From assembly GCA_942493065.1 (NCBI GenBank), contig OW818671.1, positions 766,104 through 830,103 of the forward strand: 64,000 nt of DNA. The letters run 5' to 3'. Source of the DNA: an uncultured beta proteobacterium. Its GTDB lineage: Bacteria > Pseudomonadota > Gammaproteobacteria > Burkholderiales > Rhodocyclaceae. This document shows positions 10,170-18,984 of the stretch, piece after piece; position 1 is the stretch's first letter; every line of letters begins with the position of its first letter. Below the pieces are notes generated by a model. It was not told the DNA's origin. It searched no databases and was given only the letters and a program-made list of their open reading frames with translations. The position numbers were made by a program, and so were the translations under genes.

Positions 10170-10302
10170 GCGATTCTCCCTGAACGGCCAGCGTCCCCGC
10201 AGGCCGATTGACGGACACGAATGCACAGGGGGAGAAACGGCGGCGGCAGAGATGGAACCCACCGACGCACCGCACCCCGCAGCGCATTCAACTGGATCAT
10301 CC

Positions 10303-10470
10303 GTGGCCGGTCTCCGGGCTTGAAAGTTTTGAACCATCGCCTTCCCGGGAAGATTCCCAGTGGCATTTGGATGGTTCCGCACTTTCTTACCGTTGCGGGG
10401 GCAGCACAGGCATTGTTGTCGCCAACTCACCTGTTTCCCGTTTCACCCGATTTAACTCGGGCACCTCGAA
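10303..10470 (-). ncRNA. Cobalamin (AdoCbl) riboswitch
   Basis: Minus strand has AGGTGCCC..GGGTGAAACGGGAA.CAGGTG..TGCTGCCCCCGCAACGGTAA..GCCACTGGG..GGGAAGGC..AGCCCGGAGACCGGCC (B12 box and conserved core). Confidence 0.95.
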
Positions 10471-10483
10471 CGAAGCGGGGCGG

Positions 10484-10489
10484 ATTATA
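10484..10489 (-). promoter_or_regulatory. Putative sigma70 -10 box for the riboswitch/btuB transcript
   Basis: Perfect TATAAT on minus strand ~15 nt upstream of the riboswitch; -35 is weak. Confidence 0.5.
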
Positions 10490-10505
10490 GGGACGCCGCG
10501 CATGT

Positions 10506-10529
10506 GCTGTACGGCCAGCGCCGACTTTT
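10506..10529 (-). repeat. Dispersed 24-bp motif copy 5 (intergenic)
   Basis: + strand GCTGTACGGCCAGCGCCGACTTTT. Confidence 0.75.
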
Positions 10530-10611
10530 TTCTGCAACACACTCGAACGAACCTTCAAAACCGCTGCGAACTGCTTGACCGGAAACCAATTTTCAAACAA
10601 ACTGCGCGGCC

Positions 10612-10806
10612 ATGAACGAACATCTCGGACGTCTCGAAGGCAAAGTCGCACAGGTCATCGCCCTGTGCGATGCCCTGCGCGCCGAGAATCATCGCCTGCA
10701 TGATCGCGTCGCGGCGCTTGAGGATGAAAAGCAAATCCTCACCGAGCGCATGACGGAGGCCCGTGGTCGCCTCGAAGGCCTGATGGAAAAGCTCCCCGCC
10801 GAATGA
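10612..10806 (+). CDS. ZapB-like coiled-coil cell division protein
   Basis: 64-aa coiled coil (LEGKV..L...LRAEN..L) immediately upstream of and overlapping zapA. Confidence 0.65.
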   Translation: MNEHLGRLEGKVAQVIALCDALRAENHRLHDRVAALEDEKQILTERMTEARGRLEGLMEKLPAE

Positions 10807-11159
10807 GTACCACGCTCGACATCAAAATTCAGGGCCGCGAGTATCGCGTCGCCTGCCCGCCGGAAGAGGTGGAATCGCTCCAGTCAGCGGCCGAACTGCT
10901 GAATACGCGTCTGGATGAGATCGCCAAAGCCACGAAGAGTACCGGTGAGCGTCTGGCGATCATGACCGCGCTGAATCTGGCGCATGAGGTCGATGCGGGC
11001 AAAACCGCTGAGACCGGGGCCATTCCGCAATCGCACACCGCTTCGGCATCGGAAAATTCCATCGCCGCCTCCATTGACGACGCGGAGTCGCTGCGTAAAA
11101 TCGAAGCCATTGAAGCGCGTCTGGATGCAGCGCTCGCCCGGCAGAACGAGCTGTTCTAG
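10803..11159 (+). CDS. zapA: Cell division protein ZapA
   Basis: LDIKIQGREYRVACP.EE..SL..AA..L, ERLAIMTALNLAHE. Confidence 0.9.
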   Translation: MSTTLDIKIQGREYRVACPPEEVESLQSAAELLNTRLDEIAKATKSTGERLAIMTALNLAHEVDAGKTAETGAIPQSHTASASENSIAASIDDAESLRKIEAIEARLDAALARQNELF

Positions 11160-11207
11160 TTTCTCCAAACCCGCCGGGCTGGCCGCCTCCTGTCGCGCTG
11201 ACCCGAA

Positions 11208-11381
11208 TTCCCTGCGGTGTTCGCCTAGGCCATACATTCCTTGAACCAATGCTAATTGGCATCGGTCGCAGCCCATAGACGCCGCCGTTGTGATCGCTCC
11301 TTGCGAGCGAACCTGAAGCGGCAGGAAAGCGGCCACTCTGAACCCAGGTTCAGGATGCCGGCCAAACGACACAGCGGGGAA
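11208..11381 (+). ncRNA. ssrS: 6S RNA
   Basis: Terminal complementarity TTCCCTGCGGTGT/ACACAGCGGGGAA, CCTTGAACC and CTGAACCCAGGTTCAGG elements; conserved position after zapA. Confidence 0.85.
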
Positions 11382-11388
11382 CCTATCG

Positions 11389-11430
11389 AAGTAGCTGCCC
11401 GGCAGATTGCCCGGCAGCTACTTTTTTTTT
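11389..11430 (+). terminator. Rho-independent terminator after 6S RNA
   Basis: AAGTAGCTGCC-C-GGCA gat TGCC-C-GGCAGCTACTT stem followed by T9. Confidence 0.85.
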
Positions 11431-11449
11431 CTGCGCTAACATTCCAACC

Positions 11450-12721
11450 ATGAGCGCAAGCCACTCCTCGACAACCATCTTGGATCAACTGTTTCTCGGG
11501 CGACAGCCCATTCTCGACCCATCCGGCGCCTTGATCGGCTATGAACTGCTATTTCGCGATTCGCAGGTCAATCGCGCCGGTACCATCACCCCCGGTGTCG
11601 CTACGGCCGATGTCGTCTGCAAGGCGTTTGCCGAGTTGGGCCTGGCCGATGCGCTTGGCGGTAACAAGGCTTTCCTGATTGCCGATACCGCATTTCTTCA
11701 GCACGAAGCCATCGAAGCCCTGCCACCCGAGCAGGTGGTCTTCGAGGTGATTGCCGAGCAACTGCACGATGCCGTGCTGATGGAGCGCTGCCTGATGCTC
11801 AATGAGCGTGGCTATGTTTTCTGCCTGCGCGACCCGCTCGAACTCGACGAATCCGTCCTGCTGTTTCTGCGTCAGTCCACGTTCATGAAGCTGAACATCA
11901 AGGGGATGCCGGATGAAACACTGGCCCAGCTCCTCAATCTGCCCGCCGATTTCCGCCCGCTGGCGATCGCCAGCCATGTCGAAACGGCCGCCGATCATGC
12001 CCACGCGAAAGCACTTGGCTTCCAGTTTTTTCAGGGCTACTACTTTGCCGAGCCGACACTGATTGAAGGCAAGAAGCTCGACCCGGCCACGCAGGGCCTG
12101 ATTCGCATCATCAACCTGATTCATGCCGATGCCGACAGCGGCAAGATTGAGCAGGCCTTCAAGAGTGAAACGGCGCTCACCGTCAAACTGCTGCACCTGA
12201 CCAATTCGGTCGGCGTCGGCCTGCGCGTCCGCATCGGCTCGATCAAGCAGGCCATCAACGTGATCGGCCGACGCCACATCCAGCGCTGGTTACAACTATT
12301 GCTCTACAGCAGTCATGGCGCCAGCGATACTTTCGAGCGCAATCCGCTGATGCAGTTGGCTGCGCTCAAGGGCCGCTTCATGGAATCGCTGACCGGCTAT
12401 GCGCAGCCCCGCAACAAAGATCTCGCCGAACAGGCCTTTCTGGTCGGCATGATGTCCTTGATGCCCGCCGCGCTGGGTATGCGGATCGAGGCGATTCTGG
12501 AACAAATCGACATCGCCACCCCCTTGCGCGAAGCCCTGCTGACGCACGAGGGTGATCTCGGCCAACTGCTTTCGCTGACCGAATACTTCGATAACGAGGA
12601 TGTGGCCAACACACAGGCCATGCTGGGGCAAATTGGGCCATCGGTCTCACTGGAACTGATCAACCGCTGCCTCGCTGATTCGATTGCCTGGGTTCAGGCG
12701 CTCGCCACACAGGCCGAGTAA
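11450..12721 (+). CDS. EAL-like + HDOD domain protein (CdgJ/YuxH type)
   Basis: LGRQPILD...GYELLFR, FQFFQGYYFA.P, HDOD helical region KLLHLTNS..G....I.SI.QAI.VIG. Confidence 0.85.
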   Translation: MSASHSSTTILDQLFLGRQPILDPSGALIGYELLFRDSQVNRAGTITPGVATADVVCKAFAELGLADALGGNKAFLIADTAFLQHEAIEALPPEQVVFEVIAEQLHDAVLMERCLMLNERGYVFCLRDPLELDESVLLFLRQSTFMKLNIKGMPDETLAQLLNLPADFRPLAIASHVETAADHAHAKALGFQFFQGYYFAEPTLIEGKKLDPATQGLIRIINLIHADADSGKIEQAFKSETALTVKLLHLTNSVGVGLRVRIGSIKQAINVIGRRHIQRWLQLLLYSSHGASDTFERNPLMQLAALKGRFMESLTGYAQPRNKDLAEQAFLVGMMSLMPAALGMRIEAILEQIDIATPLREALLTHEGDLGQLLSLTEYFDNEDVANTQAMLGQIGPSVSLELINRCLADSIAWVQALATQAE

Positions 12722-12725
12722 AGCG

Positions 12726-13187
12726 ATGCGCTGCTGGTTGATGAAAAGCGAACCTGCCGTGGTCGGTATCGACCACGTGCTGGCGATGCCGAACCAGAGC
12801 GTCGACTGGTGGGGCGTGCGCAACTATCAGGCGCGCAACTTCATGCGCGACCAGATGAAGCTTGGCGATAGGGTGTTCTTCTACCACTCCAACTGCCCGG
12901 TGCCGGGCATCGCCGGACTGGCCGAGGTATGCAAGCTGGCCTATCCCGACCGCACCCAGTTCGACCCGAGCAGTCATTACTTCGACCCGAAGTCGACACC
13001 GGAGAATCCGCGCTGGGTCAATGTGGATGTGCGTATCGTCAGGAAGACCCGGCTGGTGAGTCTCGACGAGCTGCGCAGCCATGCGGAACTGGCCCAGATG
13101 CGCGTGCTGCAGCGTGGCAACCGCCTGTCGATCACCCCGGTTGATCCGGCCGAGTGGGATTTCATCGTCTGTGAATTGATGAAATGA
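12726..13187 (+). CDS. EVE domain-containing protein
   Basis: WLMKSEP, W.GVRNYQARNFMRD.MK.GD.VFFYHSNC, RGNRLSI.PV. Confidence 0.92.
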   Translation: MRCWLMKSEPAVVGIDHVLAMPNQSVDWWGVRNYQARNFMRDQMKLGDRVFFYHSNCPVPGIAGLAEVCKLAYPDRTQFDPSSHYFDPKSTPENPRWVNVDVRIVRKTRLVSLDELRSHAELAQMRVLQRGNRLSITPVDPAEWDFIVCELMK

Positions 13188-13984
13188 CGGTCTGGCTATT
13201 AGGTTATCTGGCCCTCGGTGCGGTCGCCGGCTTCTTCGCCGGCTTGCTCGGCGTGGGCGGTGGCGCCATCATGGTGCCGGTACTGGCGTTGATGTTCGCC
13301 GCCCAAGGGTTTCCCGACGCACATCTGATGCACTTGGCCCTCGGGACATCAATGGCAGCCATCGTGTTCACCTCGATTTCCTCCCTGCGCGCACACCATA
13401 GCCACGGCGCCGTGCTGTGGCCGATTGTCTGGGCCATCGCACCAGGCATCCTGATCGGCACTTTCGTCGGGGCGCAATTCGCCAGCCAGATCCCGACCCG
13501 TCCGCTGGCGATGTTTTTCACGCTGTTCATGAGTTACGTCGCGTTTCAGATGCTGGCGAACATCAAACCCAAGCCTTCGCGCCAACTCCCCGGATCATTG
13601 GGCATGTTCCTCGTCGGCAGCGGTATCGGCGCCCTCTCCGCGCTGGTCGCCATCGGCGGCGGCTCGCTTTCCGTGCCTTTCATGACCTGGTGCAACGTCA
13701 AGATGCACCATGCCATCGGCACCTCGGCCGCCATCGGCCTACCCATCGCCGCAGCCGGTACGCTGGGTTATTGGGTGGGCGGACAAGGCACTACCGATCT
13801 GCCCGCAGGCGGCTTTGGCTACATTTACCTGCCCGCCTTGGCGGCCTGCGTGGCAATGAGCATGCTCACGGCGCCGCTGGGCGCAAAAGCGGCGCACAAA
13901 CTCCCCGTCCCAACCCTGAAGAAAATATTTGCCGGCGTCATCCTGCTGCTGTTGGTCAAGATGGTGCATGGCCTGTTTCTGTAA
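13184..13984 (+). CDS. Sulfite exporter TauE/SafE family membrane protein
   Basis: AGFFAGLLGVGGGAIMVP, A.GTS.A, IGGG...VP multi-TM pattern. Confidence 0.9.
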   Translation: MTVWLLGYLALGAVAGFFAGLLGVGGGAIMVPVLALMFAAQGFPDAHLMHLALGTSMAAIVFTSISSLRAHHSHGAVLWPIVWAIAPGILIGTFVGAQFASQIPTRPLAMFFTLFMSYVAFQMLANIKPKPSRQLPGSLGMFLVGSGIGALSALVAIGGGSLSVPFMTWCNVKMHHAIGTSAAIGLPIAAAGTLGYWVGGQGTTDLPAGGFGYIYLPALAACVAMSMLTAPLGAKAAHKLPVPTLKKIFAGVILLLLVKMVHGLFL

Positions 13985-14007
13985 AAAGTCGGCGTTGGCG
14001 GGACGGC
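13984..14007 (+). repeat. Dispersed 24-bp motif copy 6 (abuts tauE TAA stop)
   Basis: AAAAGTCGGCGTTGGCGGGACGGC. Confidence 0.9.
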
Positions 14008-14023
14008 GCTATACTCTAAAAGC

Positions 14024-15085
14024 ATGACGCCCCTGTTTCAGCATCTCGACATCATCACCCGCAGTCGCAACCGCAGCGGGGTCGAGATCGCGGCAGTCAA
14101 GGCACTGCACGAACTGATCGGGGCCAGCCGAACCGAGTTGCACAAGGTTTTTCTGTCACCGGGCGACATTCTCGCCGGCCTGTCGGTCGCGGTATCCGGC
14201 ACCGACGCAAACACAGTCGCCCATGATGATGGCTTCTCCTGGCCAGAGCAAACAGGTTCAATCGAGAACCACCCCCTGCTGGCCGCCTGTCTTGCTGCCA
14301 AGGGGCCATGTCTCTCGTCACTGCCGAACGGTCAGCAACGCTGCATCGCACTCATTCGCAACCAGATGCACGAACCTTACGGCTTCCTCCAGATCGAACG
14401 CGATGGTACCCTTGATCAGACGGCTCTCGATTTGATTGAGGGATTTTCAGTCATCCTGAGCAACAGTCTGGGCATGCTGGAGTACAGCGAAACCGATACC
14501 CTCACGCGCCTGCTCAATCGCAAGACCTTCGATGAATACCTGATCAACATCCTCGCCAACATTCCCGATCAGGAAGACGATGCGCTGGCGCTGCTGCACC
14601 TGCCACATCGTCGCCAATCTCACCCCGAGGCGCGCAATCACTGGCTGGGTGTGATGGATATCGACAAGTTCAAGTCGATCAATGACCGTTTCGGTCACCT
14701 CATCGGTGATGAGGTATTGATCCTGGTCGCCAACCTGATGCGCGAAAGCTTTCGTGCGCAGGACAAGCTGTTCCGCTTTGGCGGCGAGGAGTTCGTCGCC
14801 CTGCTACGGCCAGCGGAGTTCGATCACGCCATCGGCACCTTCGAACGCTTTCGCAAGCGGGTAGAAGAGTTCGAGTTCCCTCAGGTTGGCCATGTCACTG
14901 TGAGTATCGGCTTTACGCAGATCAAGCTTGGCGACACCCCGTCAATGATTCTGGATGCCGCTGACGAAGCGCTTTACTGGGCCAAAGAGCATGGTCGTAA
15001 CCAGTGCCATGCTTACGAAGTGCTGATCGAGGAAGGCAAGCTGCAACGTCACGCGACACCCATCTCGGATATCGAATTGTTCTAG
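14024..15085 (+). CDS. Diguanylate cyclase (N-terminal GAF-like region + GGEEF)
   Basis: DTLTRLLNR, DIDKFKSIND.FGH.IGD, I-site RAQD, RFGGEEF. Confidence 0.9.
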   Translation: MTPLFQHLDIITRSRNRSGVEIAAVKALHELIGASRTELHKVFLSPGDILAGLSVAVSGTDANTVAHDDGFSWPEQTGSIENHPLLAACLAAKGPCLSSLPNGQQRCIALIRNQMHEPYGFLQIERDGTLDQTALDLIEGFSVILSNSLGMLEYSETDTLTRLLNRKTFDEYLINILANIPDQEDDALALLHLPHRRQSHPEARNHWLGVMDIDKFKSINDRFGHLIGDEVLILVANLMRESFRAQDKLFRFGGEEFVALLRPAEFDHAIGTFERFRKRVEEFEFPQVGHVTVSIGFTQIKLGDTPSMILDAADEALYWAKEHGRNQCHAYEVLIEEGKLQRHATPISDIELF

Positions 15086-15651
15086 CGGCGCAGGCGCATT
15101 TCCAAGGAGGAAAGCGCCGTATCAAGTTGGGCCAAATCAGCGCGAAACTGCTCAAATTCCTGCCAAGGCACCAGCCATGCGCTTTCCATGGTCAGATACT
15201 CGATCACATTGTCGGCCAAGTGACTGGCCGCCTGCCGTTGCCATTTGGCCGCGCCCGTTGCAACTTGTACCATGCGCTGCGCCGCCACATCACCGAAAAC
15301 CTGCGCGAGATCCTCAGTGGCGTCCCAGCGCAGGTTACGAAACACGAAAGAAAGTTCAGTCGCAAATTCGGCGTTGCCCTCGACACGGGCGCCCCCCATC
15401 AGACGCTCGAAGCCATCCAGCAACCGGAACGGCGAATCGGCCGGCAGGGTGATGGTGACATCGGGTGTTGCAGGTTCGGCAACCCGCGCCGCGCCACCCG
15501 CGCTGGTGACGACAAAACCGATCTGTAAGGGAGGCATGCCTATCACTGCCTCTCGGCCCGCATAGGGGGCAAGGCGCTGGCGTGCCCAATCGTTACCCTG
15601 CAACAGGTGATTGAGTGTCGCGATCAGGGCCGTTGCGGGGTGCGGCAGCAT
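15082..15651 (-). CDS. ubiJ: Ubiquinone biosynthesis accessory factor UbiJ (SCP2 domain)
   Basis: LNHLL..N.WA..RL..AG, LRWD..EDLA...GD; follows ubiE. Confidence 0.85.
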   Translation of the reverse strand: MLPHPATALIATLNHLLQGNDWARQRLAPYAGREAVIGMPPLQIGFVVTSAGGAARVAEPATPDVTITLPADSPFRLLDGFERLMGGARVEGNAEFATELSFVFRNLRWDATEDLAQVFGDVAAQRMVQVATGAAKWQRQAASHLADNVIEYLTMESAWLVPWQEFEQFRADLAQLDTALSSLEMRLRR

Positions 15652-15660
15652 GAGAAGCCG

Positions 15661-16392
15661 TCAGAGCTTGTAGCCGCGGTGCAAGGCGACCACGCCGGCC
15701 GTCAGATTGAAGAACTCGACGCGCGCGAGTCCGGCCTGTTCCATCATGCCTTTAAGGGTCGCCTGATCCGGATGCATGCGAATCGACTCCGCCAGATAGC
15801 GGTAACTGTCCGGATCGTTAACCACTTTCTGACCCAGCCAAGGCAGAACTTTGAAGGAATAGAAGTCATAGGCCGGCGTCAGAGGCTCCCAAACCTTGGA
15901 GAACTCAAGCACCAGAAGCCGTCCGCCCGGTCGCAGGACTCGGCGCATTTCTTCCAGCGCTTTATCCTTATGCGTCATGTTGCGCAGGCCAAAAGCAACG
16001 GTCACGATATCGAAATGATTGTCGGGGAAGGGCAGCTTTTCGGCATCGCACTGCGCCACCGGCCCCAACTGGCCTTCATCGAGCAGGCGATCGCGCCCGC
16101 GCGTCAGCATGGCATTGTTGATGTCAGTGAGCCAGACTTCACCGGTCGGGCCGACTTTCTTGCGGAAGGCCGAAGCCAGGTCGCCCGTACCGCCGGCAAT
16201 GTCGAGCACGCGCTCACCCGTGCGGGCACCCGCCACTTGCAGCGTGAACGCCTTCCACAGGCGATGCAGCCCGGCCGACATCAGGTCGTTCATCAAATCA
16301 TATTTATCGGCAACCGAGGAAAAAACGCCGCGAACGCGCTGCGCCTTCTCGTTTTCAGGGACGGTTTCAAAACCGAAATGGGTATCGGACAT
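15661..16392 (-). CDS. ubiE: Ubiquinone/menaquinone C-methyltransferase UbiE
   Basis: [46 protein letters not shown]. Confidence 0.96.
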   Translation of the reverse strand: MSDTHFGFETVPENEKAQRVRGVFSSVADKYDLMNDLMSAGLHRLWKAFTLQVAGARTGERVLDIAGGTGDLASAFRKKVGPTGEVWLTDINNAMLTRGRDRLLDEGQLGPVAQCDAEKLPFPDNHFDIVTVAFGLRNMTHKDKALEEMRRVLRPGGRLLVLEFSKVWEPLTPAYDFYSFKVLPWLGQKVVNDPDSYRYLAESIRMHPDQATLKGMMEQAGLARVEFFNLTAGVVALHRGYKL

Positions 16393-16400
16393 AATAGTTC

Positions 16401-16823
16401 TCAGTGCTTTCCACAACCACCACCAGATTTTGGCGGCAAAGTGGTTGAATCAACGTCACGGTTTGCGCCGGCGGCTTCCAGTCGTGCCAGATACTCAGCC
16501 CAAAGGGCATCCTTGTCCTTGCCGTAACGGTAGAGCAGGTCCCAGGAATAAATCCCGCTGTCGTGTCCGTCGGAAAAGAAAGGTTGCACCGCATAGTTGC
16601 CCACGGGCTCCAGTGCCTTGATGTCGACGTTGCGCTTGCCGGTTTGCAGCGTTTCCTGGCCTGGACCATGGCCGCGCACCTCGGCAGATGGGGAAAATAC
16701 GCGCAGAAACTCGTAACTCAGGCGAAAATTGCTGCCATCGGCAAAACTAAGCTCCATTTCACGGGATTTCTGGTGCAGTTTGATCTCGGTAGGAATCGGA
16801 ATACTCTTGTCTAGTCCGGCCAT
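16401..16823 (-). CDS. DUF971 / gamma-butyrobetaine hydroxylase-like N-terminal domain protein
   Basis: [27 protein letters not shown]...[12 protein letters not shown]. Confidence 0.88.
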   Translation of the reverse strand: MAGLDKSIPIPTEIKLHQKSREMELSFADGSNFRLSYEFLRVFSPSAEVRGHGPGQETLQTGKRNVDIKALEPVGNYAVQPFFSDGHDSGIYSWDLLYRYGKDKDALWAEYLARLEAAGANRDVDSTTLPPKSGGGCGKH

Positions 16824-16905
16824 GGCAGTTTTACGCAGGAATGAAGGAAACCTTCAGATATGGGCCAGTTATCATAGCGCAAGCTGATCCTCCGTCTCGC
16901 GCCGA

Positions 16906-16934
16906 CTGTCACAAAAGCATCATCTGGCTGCAAT
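16906..16934 (+). promoter_or_regulatory. Putative Pho box upstream of phoB
   Basis: CTGTCAC-AAAA-GCATCAT-CTGG-CTGCAAT: three half-sites in 11-bp register versus consensus CTGTCAT. Confidence 0.55.
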
Positions 16935-16969
16935 AGACTTTATGCTGTCTCATCAAGAACCCTACCCTT

Positions 16970-17662
16970 ATGCCCGCTACTATTCTGGTGGTCGAAGACG
17001 AACCCGCCATTCAGGCGCTCATCGCGACCAACCTGCGCCGCCATGGCCATGATGTCGTCACCGCCATCGACACCGAAGCAGCAACACGCCAGATTAATGC
17101 AGCGCTGCCGGATCTGATCCTGCTCGACTGGATGTTGCCCGGCATGAGCGGCATCGACTTTGCCCGCCGCCTGCGGGCCGATCCACGTACCCGTGCAATC
17201 CCGATCATTATGCTGACGGCGCGTGGCGAGGAGCGCGACAAGGTAACCGGGCTCGAAACCGGCGCTGATGACTACATTACCAAACCCTTTTCTCCGCGCG
17301 AACTGCTGGCACGCATCCAGGCTGTCCTGCGCCGCGGCAAGCCGCAGGCAACTGAAGATATGGTTGAAGCCGGCGGCTTGAAGCTCGATCCAGCCTCCCA
17401 TCGCGTTACGGCGGACGGCAAGCCGGTGAATCTCGGGCCCACCGAATTCCGCCTGCTGCACTTTCTGATGACCCACCCGGAGCGGGTACACTCGCGCGAT
17501 CAACTGCTTGATCAGGTCTGGGGAGATCATGTGTTCGTTGAGGAACGTACCGTCGATGTCCATATCCGCCGTCTGCGTGCTGCGCTGGAGGCTTCCGGTC
17601 TGGATCGGTTTGTGCAAACGGTACGTGGTAGCGGTTACCGTTTCTCGCTTGATAACAATTAA
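16970..17662 (+). CDS. phoB: Phosphate regulon response regulator PhoB
   Basis: [55 protein letters not shown]. Confidence 0.95.
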   Translation: MPATILVVEDEPAIQALIATNLRRHGHDVVTAIDTEAATRQINAALPDLILLDWMLPGMSGIDFARRLRADPRTRAIPIIMLTARGEERDKVTGLETGADDYITKPFSPRELLARIQAVLRRGKPQATEDMVEAGGLKLDPASHRVTADGKPVNLGPTEFRLLHFLMTHPERVHSRDQLLDQVWGDHVFVEERTVDVHIRRLRAALEASGLDRFVQTVRGSGYRFSLDNN

Positions 17663-17673
17663 CTGACCGCCTC

Positions 17674-18984
17674 ATGCCGATAAGGCTGCTGATTGCCAGT
17701 GTTTTTCTTGCTGGAAGTGGTGCGCTGATCAACCGGTTCTTTGGTGGATATCCCGCCATCGCCGCAGTGACCCTCCTCGCAATTTTGCTGCTTGCCCGCC
17801 ATGAACGGCAAATTACCCGCTTGACGGCTTGGGCAGAAAAGCCGCTGGGAACACCCGTGCCGGAAGCCTCGGGTATCTGGTCGCCGCCCTTTCTTGCCCT
17901 GCATCGACGCGCGCGTCAGGCCGCCACACAGCGTGAAGAACTGATCGAAATGGGCGAGCGCTTTCGCCTCGCGGCGGAGGCCCTGCCAGATGGCGTGGTC
18001 ATCCTCGACGAACAGCGGACCATCGAATGGCTGAACCCGCGTGCCGAGCGCCTGCTGGGGCTGGATAGCAATCGCGACATCGGCATGATGATCGGCCACC
18101 TGATGCGTGAGCCGGAATTCATCCAATTTCTGGACCAGCCGCCCGAGAAGCAACAGATTCCGCTGGTAGTCCGCCCGATGCGCAATCCCGGCCATATCCT
18201 GCATGTTCGCGGCACGCCCTTTTCGGCAGGGCGCACGTTGCTGCTGATCGAAGACCTGACCCAACTAGATCGTCTTGAAACCGTGCGTCGTGATTTCGTG
18301 GCCAATGTCTCGCACGAGCTTCGCACGCCACTCACTGTCGTCCAGGGTTTTCTGGAAACCGCCAGGGATGGCCTGACTGACGAGGTACACCCCACCCCGC
18401 CTGCAGAAATCGTCCAGTATCTCGACATGGCGTTTGATCATTCACGGCGCATGCACCGCTTGGTCGAAGACCTGCTGACGCTCTCCTCGCTTGAAACCGA
18501 CGCACCGCCGCAGGAGGAAGTCATTGAGGTCGCCCCCCTATTGGCCCTGGTGCGTGAAGAAATCATTGCGCTCTCAGCGGGGCGTCACGCGATCCACCTG
18601 GACAATACCGGCCCTGCCAAGCTACTCGGCAGCAGCCGCGAATTGCACAGCGCCTTCAGCAATCTGGCCAGCAATGCGGTGCGCTATACCCCCGATGGCG
18701 GCAAAATCACGCTCTCGTGGCAGGTGGATCGAAATGGCGCTGTGTTCTCCGTCACCGATAGCGGGATTGGCATTGAGGCACGTCATCTGCCCCGTCTGAC
18801 CGAACGTTTCTATCGCGTTGATCGTGGCCGCTCACGCGAAAGTGGGGGAACCGGATTGGGACTTGCCATCGTCAAGCATGTGCTCGAACGGCATGAGGCG
18901 ACACTAACGGTGGATAGCACGCCAGGAAAAGGCAGCCGTTTCGCGGCCAGCTTTACGGCGCGCAGCATCCTCGCTGAAAACTAA
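17674..18984 (+). CDS. phoR: Phosphate regulon sensor kinase PhoR
   Basis: PAS, RRDFVANVSHELRTPLT H-box, N-box SNAVRYT, FYRVDRGRSRESGGTGLGLAIVKH. Confidence 0.93.
   Translation: MPIRLLIASVFLAGSGALINRFFGGYPAIAAVTLLAILLLARHERQITRLTAWAEKPLGTPVPEASGIWSPPFLALHRRARQAATQREELIEMGERFRLAAEALPDGVVILDEQRTIEWLNPRAERLLGLDSNRDIGMMIGHLMREPEFIQFLDQPPEKQQIPLVVRPMRNPGHILHVRGTPFSAGRTLLLIEDLTQLDRLETVRRDFVANVSHELRTPLTVVQGFLETARDGLTDEVHPTPPAEIVQYLDMAFDHSRRMHRLVEDLLTLSSLETDAPPQEEVIEVAPLLALVREEIIALSAGRHAIHLDNTGPAKLLGSSRELHSAFSNLASNAVRYTPDGGKITLSWQVDRNGAVFSVTDSGIGIEARHLPRLTERFYRVDRGRSRESGGTGLGLAIVKHVLERHEATLTVDSTPGKGSRFAASFTARSILAEN

Noticed and set aside
12726-13187. EVE domain as part of a modification-dependent defence system
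   Set aside because: Stand-alone EVE in the usual zapA/6S neighbourhood, with no nuclease or toxin partner.
15082-16823. Absence of ubiB after ubiE-ubiJ
   Set aside because: A minor synteny break; ubiB is probably elsewhere and this cannot be assessed from the window.
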